A stretch of 64,000 nt of DNA, taken from assembly GCA_963741065.1 (NCBI GenBank), contig CAVUGV010000018.1:44733-108732 (forward strand), read 5' to 3'. A model generated the notes under the pieces. That model saw only the letters and a program-made list of their open reading frames with translations. It made no database searches and was not told the DNA's origin. The translations under genes and the position numbers were made by a program. Source of the DNA: an uncultured Verrucomicrobiae bacterium (GTDB lineage: Bacteria; Verrucomicrobiota; Verrucomicrobiia; Chthoniobacterales; UBA10450). Shown in pieces: positions 59,401 to 64,000 of the stretch (position 1 is its first letter; each line of letters starts with the position of its first letter).

Positions 59401-60804
59401 ATGATTCAACTCAGTAAAAATTACAGTCTACCAGACCGCATGGCGGAATTTATTCCGGTAAAAGTTGTGAGCGTCGGTGGTGCCGGTTTAAACGCGCTCG
59501 ATCGAATCGTGCTCGACGGCTTGGAGAAAGCCGGCGTAGTTGCGATCAATACCGATGTGCAGTCCCTCACGAGTTCCGTGGCGCCGCACAAAGTGCAGCT
59601 GGGCCGTAATGTGACGCGCGGTTTGGGCGCGGGCGGCGACCCGGAGCTTGGTTATCAAGCCGCTGTAGAATCGACTGACGAAATTCGCGAAGCGCTCTCG
59701 GATGCAAATGTGATTTTCATTTGTGCAGGGCTGGGTGGCGGCACCGGTTCAGGCGCGGCGCCCTATGTCGCGCAACTGGCGCGTGAAGCCGGCGCGCTTG
59801 TGATCGCCTTTGTCACTCTTCCATTCACATTTGAGGGGAAACGGCGCAATGCGCAGGCACGAGAGGCGCTCGCACGGCTCAACGAGGTTGCCCACTCAGT
59901 GATTTGCTTCGAGAACGACCGAATGGGCGACATGATCGCGCCACACGCTGGAATTCATCAGGCGTTCGCGACGGCCGATATCACGATCAGTCAGAGCGTT
60001 CGCTCGATTGTGAACCTGATCCAGCGGCCGGGACTCATTCGCATCGGCTTCGATGATTTGCTCGCGGCATTGCGCGCTCACAATGGCCGTTGCTTGTTTG
60101 GCTACGGTGAAGCCGATTCAGACAATCGCGCGCACGACGCGCTCACGCAGGCGCTCAAAAATCCGTTGATGGATCGTGGCCGAATGCTGGCTGACGCCAC
60201 ACACGTTCTCGTGCAGGTGGCGGGTGGGCCGGGGCTCACACTCTCTGAAGTCGAAATCCTCATGCAGGAACTCGGCCGTCACGTGAGCGAGCAAACACAA
60301 ATTCTCTTTGGCGCCGCTGTGGACGGACGGCTGGGAGACCGGTTGAGCGTGACCATCATCAGCTCGCTCGCTGCGGAAGAGGATTTGATTTCACAATCCG
60401 CCGACTCGGGGACCTTCAGTAACGTGGCCACGCATCCGCCAGCCCAGGAGCAGCACCAACATCCCGCGCCACAGATTTATATCGAACCAGAACCAGTGGC
60501 GATGGAACCTGCGCCTCCGGAGGAAAGCATTTCGTTTGAAGAACCGGTGGCGACCGCGGAAGCGATACCGGCGTCTGGATTCGTGCCGAGTGAACCAGAG
60601 CCACTGGCAGTTAAGCCACAGAAAAAGACGGTCCCGCACAAGGAAGAAAAAGCACCGTCCGAAAAGTCTGCGCAGGCGAAGCAGGAAGTTTTGCAATTCG
60701 AGCCGGTCACGCGTGGCCGCTTTGAAAAAAGCGAGCCAACCATCGTCGAGGGCGAAGATCTCGACGTTCCGACTTATCTGCGAAAGAATATCAAAGTGAA
60801 GTGA
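59401..60804 (+). CDS. ftsZ: cell division GTPase FtsZ
   Basis: Intact 467-aa ORF. ..VGGAGLNA.., tubulin signature GLGGGTGSGAAP, long Pro/Glu-rich linker, C-terminal DLDVPTYLRK peptide. Confidence 0.95.
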   Translation: MIQLSKNYSLPDRMAEFIPVKVVSVGGAGLNALDRIVLDGLEKAGVVAINTDVQSLTSSVAPHKVQLGRNVTRGLGAGGDPELGYQAAVESTDEIREALSDANVIFICAGLGGGTGSGAAPYVAQLAREAGALVIAFVTLPFTFEGKRRNAQAREALARLNEVAHSVICFENDRMGDMIAPHAGIHQAFATADITISQSVRSIVNLIQRPGLIRIGFDDLLAALRAHNGRCLFGYGEADSDNRAHDALTQALKNPLMDRGRMLADATHVLVQVAGGPGLTLSEVEILMQELGRHVSEQTQILFGAAVDGRLGDRLSVTIISSLAAEEDLISQSADSGTFSNVATHPPAQEQHQHPAPQIYIEPEPVAMEPAPPEESISFEEPVATAEAIPASGFVPSEPEPLAVKPQKKTVPHKEEKAPSEKSAQAKQEVLQFEPVTRGRFEKSEPTIVEGEDLDVPTYLRKNIKVK

Positions 60805-60850
60805 TTTTTTGCGCCCAGGCGCGTTGACCGCGGCAGACGCAGGAAGTGCG

Positions 60851-60862
60851 CTTCGGCCGAAG
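60851..60862. terminator. short perfect hairpin between convergent ftsZ and the M20 gene
   Basis: cttcggccgaag palindrome. No clear U-tract, so weak. Confidence 0.3.
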
Positions 60863-60864
60863 GG

Positions 60865-62207
60865 TCACTTCTTCATCAATTCCAGCACCGCTGTCGTCAT
60901 TCCGACGATGCCTGTGCGAATGGTGGGCTCGGGGACGGGGGCAAACTTGCTGGAGTGCAGACTCGGCAGCGATACGCCGGTTTTCTTCGACTCGGCCACT
61001 TTTCCCGGATCGACTGCGCCGACAGTGAACATGAGCGCCGGAATCGAGTGATCGGGCAAACTGTATTCGGAAAAATCTTCAGCGCCCATGCTTGGATCTT
61101 TCTGCACGACATTGTCGTTGCCCAGCGCCGTTTTGAGCGACGCGGCCACGCGTTTGGTCAGATCCGGATTGTTGTATGTGGCAGGGTCGAATTCCGCCTG
61201 AAGCACATGGACCTCGGGCAATTTGTCTGTCGGAACACCGAACGCGGTTGCGCAATCTTTGGCGATCCGCGCAATCGCGGCCAGTACCTTTTCGCGCACT
61301 TCCTTTTTATAGGTGCGCACCGTTAACTGCATCTTCACTTCGTCGGGGATGATGTTGTGCTTGGCGCCTCCGTGAATCGAACCCACCGTGACTACGACCG
61401 GATCGACGGGGTTATTCTCGCGCGAGGCGATCGTTTGCCAGGCATTGATGATCTGCGCAGAGAGGACAATCGGATCCTTTGTCGTCTCTGGATGCGCACC
61501 GTGTCCGCCGATGCCGTGCACAGTTACGTCAACTGAATCGACATTGGCAAAAGCGTACCCCTCAGTGATGCCGATCTTGCCAGTCGCGATTTCAGCGTCG
61601 TCGTGCAACGCCAACGCGTAATCAGGCTTTGGCCAGCGCGTGTACAGGCCGTCTTTCAACATCGCACGCGCGCCCCCGATAGCCTCCTCTGCCGGCTGGC
61701 CGATGAAAATGATGGTGCCATGCCATTGGTCCTTGAGCTTCGCGAGAGCGCGCGCGGTGCCGATGAGGGTGGACATGTGAATGTCGTGCCCGCACGCGTG
61801 CGCGACTGATACTTCTTTGCCCTCGTCGTTTTTGGTCGTCACGGTGCTCGCGTAGGGCAAGCCTGTTTCTTCGTGCACCGGCAACGCATCCAGATCGCTC
61901 CGCACCAGCACGGTCGGCCCGGCGCCATTCTTCATCACGCCGACAACACCGAAGCAGGTCAGGCCCGGCTTGTCGTATTTGCCGACGTGCTCGGTGACGT
62001 CGCAACCGGCGGCTTTCAGTTCCTTCGCTACGATCGCAGACGAACGCTCCTCGTGTCCCGAGAGTTCGGGATGCGTGTGGAAGTCTTTGTAAATCGGCAG
62101 CAGCGACGGCAGTTCCGCATCGGCAAGGGATTGCGGCGTTTGCTGCGCACAAAGAAGCAACGCCGGCAAGATGGAGAACAACGAGATCAGACAACGAGCG
62201 AATTTTC
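60865..62207 (-). CDS. M20-family amidohydrolase/peptidase (secreted); frame break near 62170 in the signal peptide
   Basis: ..FHTHPELSGHE.., HACGHDIH, ..IGQPAEE.., ..HGG.. ATG 62207 (MKIRSLSDLVV..) joins to ..FSILPALLLCAQQ after a 1-nt shift. Confidence 0.85.
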
Positions 62208-62213
62208 ATGCCT

Positions 62214-62299
62214 GTCATGCTGAGCGAAGTCGAAGCATCTCTCAATTTAATTCCGCGGCAAATGAGAGTAAGAGATTCCTCGACTTCGCTCGGAATGAC
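62214..62299. repeat. family-B inverted-repeat element, copy B3
   Basis: gtcatgctgagcgaagtcgaagcatctc ... gagattcctcgacttcgctcggaatgac, in the divergent M20-polB intergenic region. Confidence 0.8.
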
Positions 62300-62317
62300 A
62301 CAAAAGTTTGTTGACCG

Positions 62318-64000
62318 ATGGAATTCGAGAAAAACACGCTGCTCTTTGGCGCTGATCCGACCTCGCGCATCGTCGCCATTGAGCTTGGCGAAACCGGGAC
62401 GGTGCGCGTTTATCGCCGGGAAAAAGATGGATCGACAATCGCCGACGTCGAGCCGTTCCATCCCTTTGTCTGGGCCGACAGCGACGTTGTCGATCTCGGC
62501 ATTGAAGCCGAGAAACTTCGCGGCGATCTGAAGTATGGCTGGCTGATCACCGTCGATAGCTGGAAGGAACTCATCGCGTTGCGGAACGGATTGAAGAATG
62601 CCGGGCGCGACTTCTTCGCGTTCACGGATCCGGTGCAGCATTACCTCACAGCCACAGGGCGCACATTATTCAAAGATCTGCCGTTTGAAGAATTGAAACG
62701 AATGCAGATCGAAGTGCTGCAATACGTGGCATCGGCTTCCAGCCGATCCGCTGAGGATCATCGGCAAGATGCCGATCCACGGCTGACAACGACACATCAT
62801 GAGCATTGCAATCTCGGACAACAGCGGCTGGGAAGAATTGCTCATTGTCGATCCAAACAACGTTGAGGAATCCGAACGAAAAGCGCTAAAGCGGCTTACT
62901 GCGCTTATCAAAGAACGCGATCCGGATGTGATCGAAGGTCATGATTTGTTTCGGATTCATCTGCCTTATCTCGTAGCCCGCTCAAAGAAACTGAAAACCA
63001 AGCTCGATTGGGGACGTACCCGCCTTCGCCAAGGCTACGGCGCGGCAGAAGGCGGCGGATTTTTGCGATCGCGGCCATCGCGACTTCAAATCGCGGAGAA
63101 GACCATCGATTATCCGAAGTTCACAATCGGTGGCCGGCATTTCGTTGATACGTTTTTGCTCGCGCAATTCTACGACGTCGGAATGCGTTCTCTTGCCGGT
63201 TTCGAACGGACGGGTGTCGCACGGCATTTCGATCTCTGTGACGACGAACAAATCTCAGCGCTTACAGGCAAAGAACTGGAGCGCGCGTATCTTGAGAATT
63301 CAGAAACGTTCCGGCGACGCGCGTTATGCGGCGTTCGAGAAGCGCGTGCCTTATCAGACCTGCTCAGTGCGAGCTACTTCATCCAGGCGCAAATTTTTCC
63401 GTACAATTACCAGGACGTCATTGTGCGCGGCAACGCCACGCGCATTAACGCGCTTTTCCTGCGCGAATATTTCCGGCAACGCCATTCCATTCCCGAGCTG
63501 CCGATGCCGCGCGCGTTCGAAGGCGGCTACACCGACATCTTCTTCACCGGCGTGGCGCGCAACGTCTGGCACTGCGACATCGCCTCGCTATATCCATCGG
63601 TGATGTTGCAGTTCGCGTGCTTCCCCGCAACGGATCAACTGCAAATTTTCAGGCATCTGCTTACTGACGTGCGCACCTTTCGACTCGAAGCGAAGGCGGA
63701 AATGCGGGCCGAACAAGATCCCGCCAAACAGCATCATCTCCAGGCGTTGCAAAACACGTTCAAGATTTTGCTTAACAGTTTCTATGGTTACCTCGGATTC
63801 GCACAGGGACATTTCGCTGATTTCGACGCAGCTGCGCGCGTCACCCAGATCGGGCGCGATCTGCTGAAGAAGATGATCGAATGGCTTAATGCTCACGGCG
63901 CGCAAGTGGTCGAGGTCGATACCGACGGAATTTATTTCGTGCCACCGGTAGACGTGGCATCGGCTTCCAGCCGATCTTCCTGAAGATCAGCGGCAAGACG
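62318..64000 (+). CDS. family-B DNA polymerase (PolB), 3' end beyond window; frame break near 62795; two palindromic inserts
   Basis: Motif A DIASLYPSVM, motif B KILLNSFYGYLG, motif C VVEVDTDGIYF. ExoI region reads RMQIE[insert]TTT. Confidence 0.85.
62726..62785 (+). repeat. family-C palindromic element, copy C1, in frame inside polB
   Basis: gtggcatcggcttccagccgatccgctgaggatcatcggcaagatgccgatccacggctg, translated VASASSRSAEDHRQDADPRL. Confidence 0.75.
63019..63055 (+). repeat. family-D repeat, copy D4, inside polB
   Basis: cccgccttcgccaaggctacggcgcggcagaaggcgg, translated RLRQGYGAAEGG. Outer CCGCCTTC/GAAGGCGG stem. Confidence 0.7.
63954..64000 (+). repeat. family-C palindromic element, copy C2 (cut by window end), inside polB just after motif C
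   Basis: gtggcatcggcttccagccgatcttcctgaagatcagcggcaagacg. The first 23 nt are identical to C1. Carries an in-frame TGA at 63981-63983. Confidence 0.7.

Noticed and set aside
61622-62641. 339-aa minus-strand ORF spanning the M20 gene 5' half, repeat B3 and the polB start
   Set aside because: It overlaps two well-supported genes and a repeat. Only its segment around 62140-62207 (MKIRSLSDLVV..) is plausibly real, as the frameshifted signal peptide of the M20 protein.

Overview
Chromosomal window, roughly 53-55% GC by eye, most consistent with a Verrucomicrobiota-type genome. The supporting signs are an exact TGTTC-N4-GAACA LexA-type box upstream of imuB-dnaE2 and a complete dcw cluster that includes ftsZ.

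Layout:
- 0-14.9 kb, housekeeping: rpmA (3' fragment), adk, fmt, pyrH, frr, an IscA-like gene, lptF/G, dinG, imuB-dnaE2, gnd, moaE, pgsA.
- 14.9-35.4 kb, accessory stretch punctuated by four same-orientation copies of the 3' end of tRNA-Gly(UCC), whose intact gene is at 35383-35453. It holds a GC-rich TMTC/PMT-like TPR gene, a YfhO-like membrane protein, an alpha-2-macroglobulin/PbpC pair, then a lower-GC patch of small genes: RHH paralogs, DUF998, fragments of a small gene family, an orphan response regulator and a PT-rich secreted protein.
- 35.6-64 kb: fabF, a GuaB3-like gene, exbB-exbD-tonB-like genes, and the dcw cluster mraZ-rsmH-ftsL-ftsI-murE-murF-mraY-murD-LysM-ftsW-murG-murC/murB-ddl-ftsQ-ftsA-[four-helix-bundle cassette]-ftsZ. 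An M20 peptidase and a family-B DNA polymerase follow; the polymerase runs off the window.

Two cross-cutting signals:
1. At least five families of short palindromic (REP/MITE-like) repeats are present. Several lie inside ORFs: fmt, dnaE2, polB, ddl, ftsQ and the pbpC start.
2. I count about 37 reading-frame breaks. They are very unevenly spread, dense in dnaE2, gnd and the alpha-2-macroglobulin gene and nearly absent from mraY to ftsZ. This cannot be resolved into sequencing indels versus real decay without reads.

No rRNA, CRISPR array, integrase or transposase was found.
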